Positions 45,906 through 56,812 are shown, counted from the stretch's first letter. The stretch: 64,000 bases of DNA from a virus (IMGVR_UViG_3300020182_000010:91153-155152), one strand, 5' to 3'. Notes: a model not told the origin generated them from the sequence alone. Translations and numbers: made by a program.

Positions 45906-47036
45906 TTAAAGTGACATGCCACCAAATGTATTCTTATCAACATCTTGTTTGACACCACCAACTACATATGATGAAATTTCAGTCTCTTGAGGCGCAACTT
46001 GAACTTCTGCGCCAGCGATCCACTTTTGTGTCCATGGCAGAGGATTTGCTTGAGGTGTTGTATACGGACATTTTAAACCTACAGCCGTCATACGTTTACA
46101 ACAAATCCATTCAATATAATCACTTAACAATTGTGTGTTTAGACCAATCATTGACCCATCTTTGAATAGATAATTTGCCCATGCTTTTTCTTGCTCGACT
46201 GCATCAACAAACATTTGAATACACTCTGCTTCTGTTTCTTTGGCAATTTGGATATAGTCTGGATCATCTTTTGGCAGAAGTTTTAGAAGTGTTTGTGTTG
46301 AACCCAAATGTAGATTTTCATCACGGGCAATCAATTTAATAATTTTAGCATTACCTTCCATCTTCTTCAATTCTGCGAATGCCCAAGAACATGCAAATGA
46401 AACATAAAAGCGAACACCCTCAAGAATGTTGACACTCATAAGTGTTTTGTAAAGTAATTTCTTAATTTCATACTTATCAATAACAACTTCATTGCCATTA
46501 ACAGTATGGGTACCTTCACCCAATAGATTGAAATATGAGGTCATATCAATTAGTTGGTCATAGCATTCTGAAATATCATCAGCACATTCCATGATTTCTT
46601 CAATATCCATCATACCATCAAATACTTTTGATGGGTCAGAATATACATTACGAATGATGTGAGTGTATGAACGCGAATGAATTGTTTCACTGAATGTCCA
46701 AGTTTGAATCCATGCTTCTAGTTCTGGAATAGTTACCAGCGGTCCGAATGCCTCTACTGGAGCACGACCTTGTACACTATCTAACAGAATTTGACGCTTT
46801 AGATTTGATGTAAAAATATGACGTTCATTGTCTGTAAGATTCTTAAAATCGTTTGAATCTTTAGTTACATCAACTTCTTCTGGACGCCAAAAGAACCCAA
46901 GTTGTTTGTCTGTTAGTTTGTCAAACTGCTTATACTTTAACATATCATAACGTTGAATAGCAACGCTGCCTGCAGGATCCATGAAGGCCAATGCTTTAGT
47001 ATGATCTGTCTTATTCTGTGAATTAAATACACTCAT
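45906..47036 (-). CDS. nrdB: Ribonucleotide reductase class Ia beta subunit
   Basis: FFWRPEEV, ETIHSRSY, LEGVRFY, RDENLH, APQETEISSY. Confidence 0.97.
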   Translation of the reverse strand: MSVFNSQNKTDHTKALAFMDPAGSVAIQRYDMLKYKQFDKLTDKQLGFFWRPEEVDVTKDSNDFKNLTDNERHIFTSNLKRQILLDSVQGRAPVEAFGPLVTIPELEAWIQTWTFSETIHSRSYTHIIRNVYSDPSKVFDGMMDIEEIMECADDISECYDQLIDMTSYFNLLGEGTHTVNGNEVVIDKYEIKKLLYKTLMSVNILEGVRFYVSFACSWAFAELKKMEGNAKIIKLIARDENLHLGSTQTLLKLLPKDDPDYIQIAKETEAECIQMFVDAVEQEKAWANYLFKDGSMIGLNTQLLSDYIEWICCKRMTAVGLKCPYTTPQANPLPWTQKWIAGAEVQVAPQETEISSYVVGGVKQDVDKNTFGGMSL

Positions 47037-47051
47037 TTTATATACCCTTAT

Positions 47052-49343
47052 TTAAATTACGCAACTATCACAATCATCGTCATCTACTTGTGATATTGAT
47101 AGTGGTTCGTCCATTAGTTTGTCAATGTCAATTTCGCCTTGGCCATCGAATGTGTTGAAATAATACAATTGCTTGCCTCCATACTTATAGAACATAATAA
47201 GATGTTGGAGCATTGTAGACATTGGAATTTTTTCTTCATCATAGAACACAGGATTGTAACTTGTGTTTACTGAAATTCCTTGGTCAATATACTTCTGTAA
47301 AACTGCTACGATCTTGAGGTAACCTTCAGGAGATGTTTGATCCCATAGCAATTCATATTTGTTTTTTAGTTTGTGAATTCCTGGCACAACTTGTTTTAGT
47401 ACACCGTGTTTAGACTGTTTGATTGATACTAGTGAACGTGGTGGTTCAATACCATTAGTACTGTTACTAATTTGTGCAGAGGTTTCTGCTGGCATAAGCG
47501 CCATCAATGTAGAATTACGAATACCATATTCTTTCAAATCTGCACGAAGTCCATCCCAATCTTGACGTTCTTGGTGTGTTACTAATTCATCAACATCAAT
47601 TTTACGAGTATCAATAGGCACAATGCCTTGGCCGTATTTGGTCTCATTTGAACCAGTACATGATCCCATTTCTTTTGCAAGTTCAACACTTGCTTTAATT
47701 AAATAATAACTCCATGCTTCTGCCCATTCATCAATCATATCCAAATTTGGATTTGTATATGTCATATCATTCTTTGCCATCCAATATGCGAAGTTAATAA
47801 TACCGACGCCAACAGGTCTACGCTTCAATGTGGATAATTCAGCAGCTAATACTGGATAACGCTGATAATCAAGTAACGCATCAATGCCACGAACTGCAAG
47901 GCGACTAACACGTTCAAAATCAGTGAGTGTTTTAATATTACCCCAATTGATTGCTGCTAGTGTACATAGTGAAATTTCACCGTCTGGATCATTTAGATTG
48001 CTTAAAGGTCTAGTAGGAAGATTAATTTCCTGACATAGATTTGATTGGCGCACAGGTGCAATATCCTGTAAAAATGAACTATGTGTATTAGCATGGTCAA
48101 CATTCATGAGATAGATACGACCAGTATTTTTACGCTCATTCATAAATGCTGAAAACAGTTCACTTGCTGGAATAGATTTTTGTCTAATAGAACTATCATT
48201 CTCAGCAAGTTCATACAAACGTTTAAATTCGTCCTGGTCATTAAAGAATGATTCATACAAACCTGGGACATCTGCTGGTGAAAATAATGTAATGTCACCA
48301 CCAGTCATTAGGCGCTCATACATAAGTTTGTTAAATTGAACACTATAATCTAAGTGACGAACTCGATTATCTTCTGTGCCTTTGTTATTTTTTAGAACAA
48401 GTAAATCTTCTACTTCTAGGTGCCATAATGGATAATGTAGAGTTGCGGCGCCGCCACGAACACCACCCTGAGAACATGATTTTACACTTGCTTGAAACAT
48501 TTTATAAAATGGAATAACACCAGTATGTGTAGCATCACCATTTCGGATTGGCGAATTGATAGCACGAATGCTACCAGCGCCAATGCCGATGCCTGCTTTT
48601 TGTGAAACATACTTCACAATAGCACCTGATGTTGCCGTTATTGAATCAAGAGAATCACCTGTTTCGATAACAACACAACTACTAAATTGACGCTGTGGTG
48701 TTCTGACACCAGCCATTACAGGAGTTGGTAAACTAATGTCAAAATTACTCACAGCATCATAGTAGTCTTTTACCCATTTCATACGGGTATCTTTTGGATA
48801 GTTAGAAAAAAGAGTAGCAGCGATAAGGACATATGCAACTTGTGGTGTTTCGTACAATTGCTTAGTTGCACGATTTTGCGCAAGGTATTTGCCGCGAAAT
48901 TGTTCCATTCCCACATATGATATATTGAAATCTCTTTCATGCTTTACAAAAGCATTAATTCTTTCCCATTCATCATCATCATAAGAACCTAATAGTTCTG
49001 AATCATAAAACCCATCAGTAGTGTTTTTTTCTACTATCGCTTTTACATGCCATGGATCAAATGAACCGTACACTTCTTTGCGAATATGATAGTTAATCAG
49101 ATTTCCAGCAACCCATTGATAATTTGGGGTATCCTCAGTAATCAAATCGGCTGCGGATTTAATCAATGTTTCTTGAATTTCTGCACTTGTTATGCCATCG
49201 TAAAATTGTATGTGAGATTTGATTTCAACTTCACTAGGTGATACACCTGCGATACCATCACACGCAAAAAATACTACCTTATGCATTTTATCAAGGTCTA
49301 ATTCTTTTTTAGTGCCGTCCCGTTTTGCTACATTTATTACCAT
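47052..49343 (-). CDS. nrdA: Ribonucleotide reductase class Ia alpha subunit
   Basis: ATP cone, QFSSC, SNLCQEI, C-terminal CDSC. Confidence 0.97.
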   Translation of the reverse strand: MVINVAKRDGTKKELDLDKMHKVVFFACDGIAGVSPSEVEIKSHIQFYDGITSAEIQETLIKSAADLITEDTPNYQWVAGNLINYHIRKEVYGSFDPWHVKAIVEKNTTDGFYDSELLGSYDDDEWERINAFVKHERDFNISYVGMEQFRGKYLAQNRATKQLYETPQVAYVLIAATLFSNYPKDTRMKWVKDYYDAVSNFDISLPTPVMAGVRTPQRQFSSCVVIETGDSLDSITATSGAIVKYVSQKAGIGIGAGSIRAINSPIRNGDATHTGVIPFYKMFQASVKSCSQGGVRGGAATLHYPLWHLEVEDLLVLKNNKGTEDNRVRHLDYSVQFNKLMYERLMTGGDITLFSPADVPGLYESFFNDQDEFKRLYELAENDSSIRQKSIPASELFSAFMNERKNTGRIYLMNVDHANTHSSFLQDIAPVRQSNLCQEINLPTRPLSNLNDPDGEISLCTLAAINWGNIKTLTDFERVSRLAVRGIDALLDYQRYPVLAAELSTLKRRPVGVGIINFAYWMAKNDMTYTNPNLDMIDEWAEAWSYYLIKASVELAKEMGSCTGSNETKYGQGIVPIDTRKIDVDELVTHQERQDWDGLRADLKEYGIRNSTLMALMPAETSAQISNSTNGIEPPRSLVSIKQSKHGVLKQVVPGIHKLKNKYELLWDQTSPEGYLKIVAVLQKYIDQGISVNTSYNPVFYDEEKIPMSTMLQHLIMFYKYGGKQLYYFNTFDGQGEIDIDKLMDEPLSISQVDDDDCDSCVI

Positions 49344-49392
49344 TTATTCATTTCTCCGAAATCGCAATGTATTTACACATTTTACACTTTAC

Positions 49393-49860
49393 TTAATATC
49401 TATTGTTTATATCCGCATCTTCCATACCGGCGACACGTAATTTTATTATATTACTAAGTTGAAAATGCTTTATTTCAAATCCCTTAGTAATCCCTTGAAA
49501 CTTATTTCTCATAAGTGCTACCTGATTAATTAGTTCAGATATGGCAACAACTTCTGCTTCACCATCAGAATATTTTTCAGCATCCCTGCTTGATAATGCT
49601 TTATTATAATTTTCTAAATATTTACGCAAATATTCACTTCGTTTCTTTCTTAGTTGTATATTTAGATGTTCTAGTATAGCCTCTAATTCTTGCAACTGCC
49701 CAAATCTATGTTCGACATATCCAGGCAGTTGTGTGGATGCTTTTTCAATATTACCTGTTACTTTTACTTCTTTTTTTGCTTCTGTAAGTTCGATTTCAAA
49801 GTGGTCTAAAAAAGCAGGAATATTATTCCAATCAGCAACTATCTTACTATACCAATTCAT
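49393..49860 (-). CDS. uvsY: Recombination mediator UvsY
   Basis: Helical, YLENY.KALSSRDAEKY; located near uvsX. Confidence 0.75.
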   Translation of the reverse strand: MNWYSKIVADWNNIPAFLDHFEIELTEAKKEVKVTGNIEKASTQLPGYVEHRFGQLQELEAILEHLNIQLRKKRSEYLRKYLENYNKALSSRDAEKYSDGEAEVVAISELINQVALMRNKFQGITKGFEIKHFQLSNIIKLRVAGMEDADINNRY

Positions 49861-50105
49861 CCGTCATACTCATCCCATTCATCGTCCCATTCATCGTCAG
49901 TATCATCATTAACAAAATATCGGTCGAATGCTGTTTGTAGAATTTTATCATCATCCACCATTTCAAATATTTCAGTTTTTCTGATACCATGGTCATCCAA
50001 TATTTTTATTAGACGTTCAGCAGATTCCATTTTATCCTTTGCTGGAATAAAAGATTTAAGTGTATTCCAAACATCAAGTAATATTTCTGTATCACTGGTA
50101 GCCAT
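49857..50105 (-). CDS. Hypothetical acidic protein
   Basis: ORF track; operonic. Confidence 0.7.
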   Translation of the reverse strand: MATSDTEILLDVWNTLKSFIPAKDKMESAERLIKILDDHGIRKTEIFEMVDDDKILQTAFDRYFVNDDTDDEWDDEWDEYDG

Positions 50106-50108
50106 AAA

Positions 50109-50558
50109 TCATCCTTCATATATTGCTGAGTTAGCACCGTGTTCTGCACATTCAGATTTTACACAATAGCATCTATTATTAGTTAATTCACGAACAAGTT
50201 TGTCAGCAAATTTATATGCATGTTCTGCAAACTTTTCTGCGCCCACACCATCCATCACTGTTAATTCTGCCAAACCTGCTGATTCTAGTTCAGTTAATTT
50301 ATACAACATTGGATCAGCCCTGTCAACTACTACTTTATGATCAAAATTATCTTCTAGCCATTTCTTCAATGGCTTTAGCCCACCAAAATCTACTGCCCAA
50401 TTACGATGATCTAAATCATCGCACCCAAACGTAAATTTGAATGCTAGACTATATCCATGTAAAAAGCGACAATGCGAATGGTCTGCATGCGGTTGTCTGA
50501 ATACTGCAGATAGTCCTATATTGTGTCCATAACTCTTTGTAGAATAGTACTTAGCCAT
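50109..50558 (-). CDS. queD: 6-carboxytetrahydropterin synthase (QueD/PTPS family)
   Basis: SHCRFLHGYS, VDFGGL, FDH, GAEKFA, EHGANSA. Confidence 0.85.
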   Translation of the reverse strand: MAKYYSTKSYGHNIGLSAVFRQPHADHSHCRFLHGYSLAFKFTFGCDDLDHRNWAVDFGGLKPLKKWLEDNFDHKVVVDRADPMLYKLTELESAGLAELTVMDGVGAEKFAEHAYKFADKLVRELTNNRCYCVKSECAEHGANSAIYEG

Positions 50559-50560
50559 TT

Positions 50561-51673
50561 CTAAACCTCATTAACTTCTAAGTTTTCATCAATAATTTCA
50601 CCATTTGAATCAACTTCAAGTGTTTCAAGTCCATGTTCATCAGCATCTAAATCTTCGTTATTCCAATCATTGATCACAATGTCAAGTTTTTCATCTGTCC
50701 AGTTTTTACGAAATTCAATGATTTCATCACCTGATTTGGTGACATATCGCAAGCGATTGCCTTGCTTTACAAGCAAACCTTTTGCTTCAAAAAATTCAAT
50801 TAGTCCTGAGTAAGGTGACATACCAGTTTCATATGGAATTTCTACTTGCACACTTTCAAATGGTTTTGAATATCGAGTTTTTACAACTTTACACGCTGCT
50901 CTAATACCATGTACTTGAGATGTTTTGTTGCCGTCTGCATCTACTTTTAGTTTTAGTTTACGCATAGCGATAACAATGCTTGATGCATAGATAAAGCCTT
51001 GTCCACCCGAGATCTTGTCATCTGGATCAAACATATCCTGTGATGCATATGTATGATTTGTGGCAATCATACCAATATTAAAATCTCCAAACATATTTAC
51101 ACAGTTACGAACTAGTGCAGCAAGTGCTTTGGGTTTACGACCCATGTCACCTTTCATATCACCCTTTTCAAACTGTGTTACATCAGTTGGTGTTAACATC
51201 ATGCCCAAACTATCAAGTACAAAAAGAACTTTTGGACGCTCTGCATCCTCTACATCAGCATATTCTTTGCGATAATCTGTCATAAAATCTGATATAATTC
51301 TTGCGACATCATCAATCATTGCGACATTTAATTTTAATAGTTTATCATCGCTTGTATCTACATTTAGCGCATGTAACCATGATTCATCAAGTGCATTTTC
51401 ACTATCAATAAGAACTACAAAGATACCTTGATCCTGTGCATTTTTGACAATGTTACCAGCTGCAATATATGATTTACCTGCGCCGGACTCTCCGGCAAGA
51501 ACAGTAACTTTACCAAGTGGAATACCTTTGTGAAAGTCATTAGATATTAACTTATTTAGACAGTAGTTACCTGTTGAAATCCATGTGTCTGGATCCCGAA
51601 ATCCCATAGACATACCTGGGACTGCTTTCGTAATACTCTTACGAAATTTTGAAGCATCGAATGCTTTAGCCAT
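50561..51673 (-). CDS. uvsX: RecA-like recombinase UvsX
   Basis: GESGAGKS, IDSENALD, LDSLG, SGGQG. Confidence 0.93.
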   Translation of the reverse strand: MAKAFDASKFRKSITKAVPGMSMGFRDPDTWISTGNYCLNKLISNDFHKGIPLGKVTVLAGESGAGKSYIAAGNIVKNAQDQGIFVVLIDSENALDESWLHALNVDTSDDKLLKLNVAMIDDVARIISDFMTDYRKEYADVEDAERPKVLFVLDSLGMMLTPTDVTQFEKGDMKGDMGRKPKALAALVRNCVNMFGDFNIGMIATNHTYASQDMFDPDDKISGGQGFIYASSIVIAMRKLKLKVDADGNKTSQVHGIRAACKVVKTRYSKPFESVQVEIPYETGMSPYSGLIEFFEAKGLLVKQGNRLRYVTKSGDEIIEFRKNWTDEKLDIVINDWNNEDLDADEHGLETLEVDSNGEIIDENLEVNEV

Positions 51674-51747
51674 ATTAGACTCCTAATAAAAATGTATGAG
51701 ACAGGAGAGCAATATTATCGCTCTCCTTTTTTATGTACGATCTACTA

Positions 51748-52740
51748 TTAATCAGTTTTACGATTACGGATCATTGCAAGAATATCAGACGCATCTGCGC
51801 CTGCATTACTAGTTGCTTCTTCTGCTACAGGGGCTGCAGCAGGTGCTGCGACAGGCTCTGCTTCAACTTTAGGTGCAGATGCAGTAACATGTGCTTGCGG
51901 TTTTGTTGTAATAGAAGATCCCACAGAACCATTAGAAATGGCTCCTTCAGGAACTTCCATGCCATATGGACGATAAAAGTTTGCCCAACGATTTGGATCA
52001 TACAACTCACCATCTACTGATGCTTCAAACATTTCCATAATTACACGAAGTTCATCTTCTGATGGACGTTTAGGCATGAAATCATTTAGGTTATACAACC
52101 CATGTGTTTCAATAGATTGGCGCTCTGCTTCATTTAGTGAACGCTCTTTACGAGCCCAATTTGAAGTTGAATAGTCTGCATATTGTCCTTTTTGTGTTTT
52201 AACAAGTCTAAAGTCAGTTCCTGCATCATAATCAGTTGGCAAGTTTTCCATATCAGGATCCATAAGTGCTGATTTCAATAACTTAAAGATTTGCGGACCA
52301 ATTACAAAACGACGGATAGGATTTTCTGGAGGGGTTTCATTCATAGGATCTGTTACAACAAATCCTTGAAAAATATATGAACGCTTTTTCCAGTATTTGC
52401 GGCCTAAATCTTCCATTGATGGGTCTTTGAACCATGGACGGATTTCTGCGTGAACAGGGCAAGTGTCTCCCCACATTTCAACGCACGGTACTTGCACTGA
52501 AATAGGCTTTTGTTCGCCGCCCAATACACCTGCAAATGGAATTTTTATTACTTGACGTTCACGCCAAAAGAATACATTGTCAGGGGAATCATCTGGTAAA
52601 AAACGAATAACTGCAGTACTATCATTATCCATATTCCAGAAAGGATAGATTGCGTCTGTGCCGCGTGATTGATTTGAATTTGTTTCTGCTTTATTTTCTT
52701 GTGCAAGCAGTTTTGCACGAATTTCTGCTAGTGTTGCCAT
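51748..52740 (-). CDS. gp32: Single-stranded DNA-binding protein (gp32-like)
   Basis: IRFLP, C...CPV, YWKKRSY, G.DFRL.K, ADYSTS; Ala-rich tail. Confidence 0.85.
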   Translation of the reverse strand: MATLAEIRAKLLAQENKAETNSNQSRGTDAIYPFWNMDNDSTAVIRFLPDDSPDNVFFWRERQVIKIPFAGVLGGEQKPISVQVPCVEMWGDTCPVHAEIRPWFKDPSMEDLGRKYWKKRSYIFQGFVVTDPMNETPPENPIRRFVIGPQIFKLLKSALMDPDMENLPTDYDAGTDFRLVKTQKGQYADYSTSNWARKERSLNEAERQSIETHGLYNLNDFMPKRPSEDELRVIMEMFEASVDGELYDPNRWANFYRPYGMEVPEGAISNGSVGSSITTKPQAHVTASAPKVEAEPVAAPAAAPVAEEATSNAGADASDILAMIRNRKTD

Positions 52741-52863
52741 TTTACTTTTCCTTTATATTAGCCTTATTAGCCATGTTAGATTTATATTAGCTTTAGTTGT
52801 GATATGCATTATCCTCTCTAGAGCATATATACATATTACAGTAATTATTTATCAATGTCAAGC

Positions 52864-52890
52864 AAAAAGAGGGCATAATGCCCTCTTTTT
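52864..52890 (-). terminator. Intrinsic terminator abutting a TTGACA promoter
   Basis: AAAAAGAGGGCAT-A-ATGCCCTCTTTTT. Confidence 0.8.
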
Positions 52891-52911
52891 AAAATAAATT
52901 TTTATTAAATT

Positions 52912-54432
52912 TTAGTCGAAATAATTGAATGGTTTAAATGCTTCTGATAACATATCATCTATTTTATCTTCGATTGTGGTTTCTACCACGTCTTCCGAAA
53001 CTACATCTGCCATTTTTACAAGTCTAGCACCCATTTCTAATGATTCGCGCGCCACTGTATGTGGGGCTACTTTTACTTGTTCTGCAATGTTTCTTAAAAA
53101 TACAGATAATTCTGCTGCACGATCATTACTTCTATCATGCCTACGATTATCATCACACGATTCAACATGTATTCTACTAGCCAAATCTACAAACTTTTGC
53201 GCAAGACTGGGAGTTTTACTATCTTCATCTAGTTCAGTTTTCTTAATGCCACTAATGTCAATATTACTATCACGGTATGAAATAGTATTAACTGGCGAAC
53301 CGTCTTCATTACATGCTTCAATAATATTTTTAACACGCTCTAATTGATTTGTTTTTTGATTTTCTGATTCTGTTGTGTTTGCACGATGTATAAGAGGTAG
53401 AATATCTATTAATTTATCTTCGAATGTTGACTTTGTAAATTTTGATATATAATCATTCATAGTATCTTCTGACAAGTCAGACTTCTTAACCCACCATGAT
53501 CCACTTTCATCATCACAATCATGCTTACAATCAGTAGTTGGCTTGTGTTGTTCATCACCGCAATCTTTACATACTAATTTTTCTTTACCTGCTTCATTAA
53601 GTGCTAATGATTCTACAAAAGATGTATATCCTTTAGTACCTTGAATACGTTTAATACTTTCTTTGACTGATTCTATTTGTCTTTTTACATTAAGGACTAT
53701 GTCACGGTTTGTTTCATTTACCAATCCTTGTTTATTTACAATATTCATAAATTCTTTTAGTTTAACTAATGTAGTAGTTTGTTCAATAATTGCTTCTCCA
53801 ACCAAGTCACTTGGTACGCCACCATTACTAACGTGTCTAGCCATTGCACGTGCACCTGATAAATGTTTATTTGGATATTTAAAACGTTCACCATCTGAGT
53901 TTTCTACAAATATTGCAGAGATATTACGTGATCTTGCTCCGCGTTGTTCTTCATTGACTGAAGCTTTGTGTCTTATAATCAATCTAACATTTTCAAGAGT
54001 CTGGCGACTTGTTTTTGCCGAACCTTCTAATGGGCTCAGTCCTTCTCCTAATACATCACTCATTTCTTGCTCCTTACTATGTTTACTATTTGTTTCTATA
54101 TTATATGTATAATTTTTAGGTTCTATATGCTTGCCAAAGGTTCTAATATCAAAATCCATAAGATTACTTTTAGATAAATTTTTAATTAAATTTATCATTT
54201 TTTCTACCTTAGGTGTATTAATATCAACATTTTCTCCAATATGAAATTTTATTTCAGACGAATTATCATCTATAAATATCATAATATTGGGGTCTTGCAC
54301 ATAGAAATATCTTGCATCCTCTGGTACTGCAACACTTTTACCATCCTCATTTGAAAATAATTTAGGCGATAGCCCATTACCTTGTAATATTCTCATTACT
54401 TTTTCTGCGATATTTTTAAAATTAATTGCCAT
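52912..54432 (-). CDS. Large late protein, probable head-associated
   Basis: GARAMARHV..GG; late box 54452-54459; small Cys/His insert. Confidence 0.6.
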   Translation of the reverse strand: MAINFKNIAEKVMRILQGNGLSPKLFSNEDGKSVAVPEDARYFYVQDPNIMIFIDDNSSEIKFHIGENVDINTPKVEKMINLIKNLSKSNLMDFDIRTFGKHIEPKNYTYNIETNSKHSKEQEMSDVLGEGLSPLEGSAKTSRQTLENVRLIIRHKASVNEEQRGARSRNISAIFVENSDGERFKYPNKHLSGARAMARHVSNGGVPSDLVGEAIIEQTTTLVKLKEFMNIVNKQGLVNETNRDIVLNVKRQIESVKESIKRIQGTKGYTSFVESLALNEAGKEKLVCKDCGDEQHKPTTDCKHDCDDESGSWWVKKSDLSEDTMNDYISKFTKSTFEDKLIDILPLIHRANTTESENQKTNQLERVKNIIEACNEDGSPVNTISYRDSNIDISGIKKTELDEDSKTPSLAQKFVDLASRIHVESCDDNRRHDRSNDRAAELSVFLRNIAEQVKVAPHTVARESLEMGARLVKMADVVSEDVVETTIEDKIDDMLSEAFKPFNYFD

Positions 54433-54457
54433 AATATTGTTCCCTTTTTAGTATTTA

Positions 54458-56017
54458 TCAAAATACCATTGGAAGTGGTTCATCATAGTCATCATTCGTA
54501 TCTAAACTTTCACCTAATAATTCTTCATATTGTTCATCAAACCGTGATATAACTTGTATTTGTCTCACACACAATAACGTAGCACTAACAAGGTCATCAG
54601 TCTCTCCTAATTTTGCTTCGTAACTTTTACCTTTAGCAACAAAGGTCTTGAACTCTCTTATTAAATTTTTACTGATAGGTGTCATCTTATCACTTTCAAT
54701 CCAAGACTTCATTTTCATACACGCAGTAATTTTAGTCTTATATGTTGTGGTAAACCCTTTACGTATTGAGCGGGTCGCTCCTCGCTTCTTAGGCTCATGT
54801 AGAAACTCACCGGGAAATTTATCTTCATCCATCTCTTCTATAAGTATTAATGCTGCTTCGCCAAGTGAATTATTCTCAACACTCCAATATATCTCCGGTG
54901 ATTTATTTCCTAATTCTTTTAATTCTTCTTTAATAATATGCAGTATATCATACAAGGTCTTAACTTGTCCTCGCATATCAGTTTTATTATGTTGCCATTC
55001 TGCTACTTGATTCATCTCAGGTAAACTCCAGACCTGTATCGCAGCATTATCACCTCCTGTGCCCATTGCAGGGTCAAGACCAACAACATATGTATTTCCT
55101 TTCTTTATAGAATCATACCATCGTATCTGTCCAGTTTTGCGTAACGGCTCAATACCTCTAAACTGTGATAATTTCACACTGTCAACCAATGTTTCATCGA
55201 ATGCAACAAATTCACATTCGTGTTCACGCAAGAAACGTTCTACTCCAACACGTCCTTTTTCTTCACTTGCCCAAATCTCATCACGATCCGGATGCTGTGA
55301 CCATACTGCTTTATATGCTCTAAAACCATTAACACCAACTTCTGTTTCATTTCCAAACTCATCAACTGTTTTAATTCCACCCTGCCAAATAAGAGCAAAT
55401 TGGTCATCATCTAAATTTGGGGTTGATGTAATAATTGCTTTACCACCAGTTGCGAGTGTTGGTGAAATAGATGTCCAAAATTCTTTGGCAATTGTAGGTC
55501 TAACAAATGCAAATTCGTCTGCATACAATAATGAAATACTCAAACCACGACCAGTGTTTTCTGTTGTTGCCTGGGCAATAATTCTTGATCCATTATCAAA
55601 TTCAATAGAACCTTTATTATATGAGATAACACCACACCTAATGTGGTCCGGACATAATTCATACGCATATCTAATTCTGTGCATAATTTCTTGGGCACCA
55701 CTGTATTTGTGTGCAGCAATCAAAATTGTTTGATCTGGAACAAACATGGCGTACCACAACAAATAGCCTGCGGCAGTCGTTGACTTACCCATTTGTCTGC
55801 CTAACATCGAAATACTGTAGCGATAATTGTGATATGAATTTACAAGTTCATTTTGATATTCATATGCGTTATATATCATACTACCCTTGGTAGGATGCTG
55901 AATTGTGAAGTATGTATTCAGAAAATAGGAAGGATTGTCTATACATTGACTAAACTCACTTAATTGTTCATCAGTGAATTCTGTGGTTTTGTATGCTTGT
56001 TTTGTTAGGTCTGCCAT
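54458..56017 (-). CDS. gp17: Terminase large subunit
   Basis: RQMGKST, YADEFAF, ITSTPN, GLDPAMG, VENN, TDDLV; start refined to ATG 56017. Confidence 0.95.
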   Translation of the reverse strand: MADLTKQAYKTTEFTDEQLSEFSQCIDNPSYFLNTYFTIQHPTKGSMIYNAYEYQNELVNSYHNYRYSISMLGRQMGKSTTAAGYLLWYAMFVPDQTILIAAHKYSGAQEIMHRIRYAYELCPDHIRCGVISYNKGSIEFDNGSRIIAQATTENTGRGLSISLLYADEFAFVRPTIAKEFWTSISPTLATGGKAIITSTPNLDDDQFALIWQGGIKTVDEFGNETEVGVNGFRAYKAVWSQHPDRDEIWASEEKGRVGVERFLREHECEFVAFDETLVDSVKLSQFRGIEPLRKTGQIRWYDSIKKGNTYVVGLDPAMGTGGDNAAIQVWSLPEMNQVAEWQHNKTDMRGQVKTLYDILHIIKEELKELGNKSPEIYWSVENNSLGEAALILIEEMDEDKFPGEFLHEPKKRGATRSIRKGFTTTYKTKITACMKMKSWIESDKMTPISKNLIREFKTFVAKGKSYEAKLGETDDLVSATLLCVRQIQVISRFDEQYEELLGESLDTNDDYDEPLPMVF

Positions 56018-56058
56018 AATAATTATATACTCACTTAATTTATATATGTATTTAGCAC

Positions 56059-56082
56059 AAAAAAGCATCCCCTGAGGGATGC
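56059..56082 (-). terminator. Intrinsic terminator
   Basis: GCATCCC-TCAG-GGGATGC followed by a T run on the minus strand. Confidence 0.7.
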
Positions 56083-56112
56083 ATTATTATTTCTATAGAT
56101 ATATTAATAAAT

Positions 56113-56757
56113 TTATAAATTAAGTGTAATATCGATTGGTGCAATACGTCCGCCCATACCCATGCCATGATTTGTGCAATAATACCATAATGGCCATGGC
56201 CCAGGAGTAGGATATGTAAATGTAACTTTGGCATCTGCTGTTCCTGGCGTGCCAGAAACAAGGACACCTTTTGTATATGTTGAATTTCCACTGTTATTGG
56301 TAAAACGTAACGGGTGACCTGTATTTGAAGATGCACTAACATCAAATATATATGCAACCCCAGGTGTCATTCTAATTAAAGGATTTGGCGTGAAGGTTGT
56401 TTCACCGTCAGTTACATTTTTAAAATAGAATACATTTCCGGTTGACCCAGATCTATAAAGACTTCCCTGGCCAACTTGAACTGAAATATTTACTGTTGGA
56501 GTATCAACAGTTGTATCAATGGTTGTGCCTTGCTTTTCGAATGTATGGTCACCAAATAGAGCATCATTATCAGTAAACTCATTTACGTCCGTTTTAATAT
56601 CACTATGGGCAGCAATTATATGACCGCCAGGCGTTACACCATCATGTGTTACTAATCTTTTCAAATCAGTATCAACTGTTATTTCGCCTACTTCACCGAT
56701 AAAGTTTTTATGTTGTAACGTAGTGCCTCTACGTAATTTTACTCTATATGCTGGCAT
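56113..56757 (-). CDS. Virion protein: Mtd-N-like domain plus cupredoxin-like domain
   Basis: LRRGTT..H..FIG..GEITVDTD...HDG..PGG; GHP...YYCTNH..GMGG. Confidence 0.7.
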   Translation of the reverse strand: MPAYRVKLRRGTTLQHKNFIGEVGEITVDTDLKRLVTHDGVTPGGHIIAAHSDIKTDVNEFTDNDALFGDHTFEKQGTTIDTTVDTPTVNISVQVGQGSLYRSGSTGNVFYFKNVTDGETTFTPNPLIRMTPGVAYIFDVSASSNTGHPLRFTNNSGNSTYTKGVLVSGTPGTADAKVTFTYPTPGPWPLWYYCTNHGMGMGGRIAPIDITLNL

Positions 56758-56812
56758 TTTTATTTCTCCAATTAGTTATATCTATATTTACTATTATTAA
56801 TCTAAAGTTGTA

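Noticed and set aside
45906-56017. Introns or inteins in nrdA, nrdB, uvsX or terminase
   Set aside because: All are continuous, normal-length ORFs.
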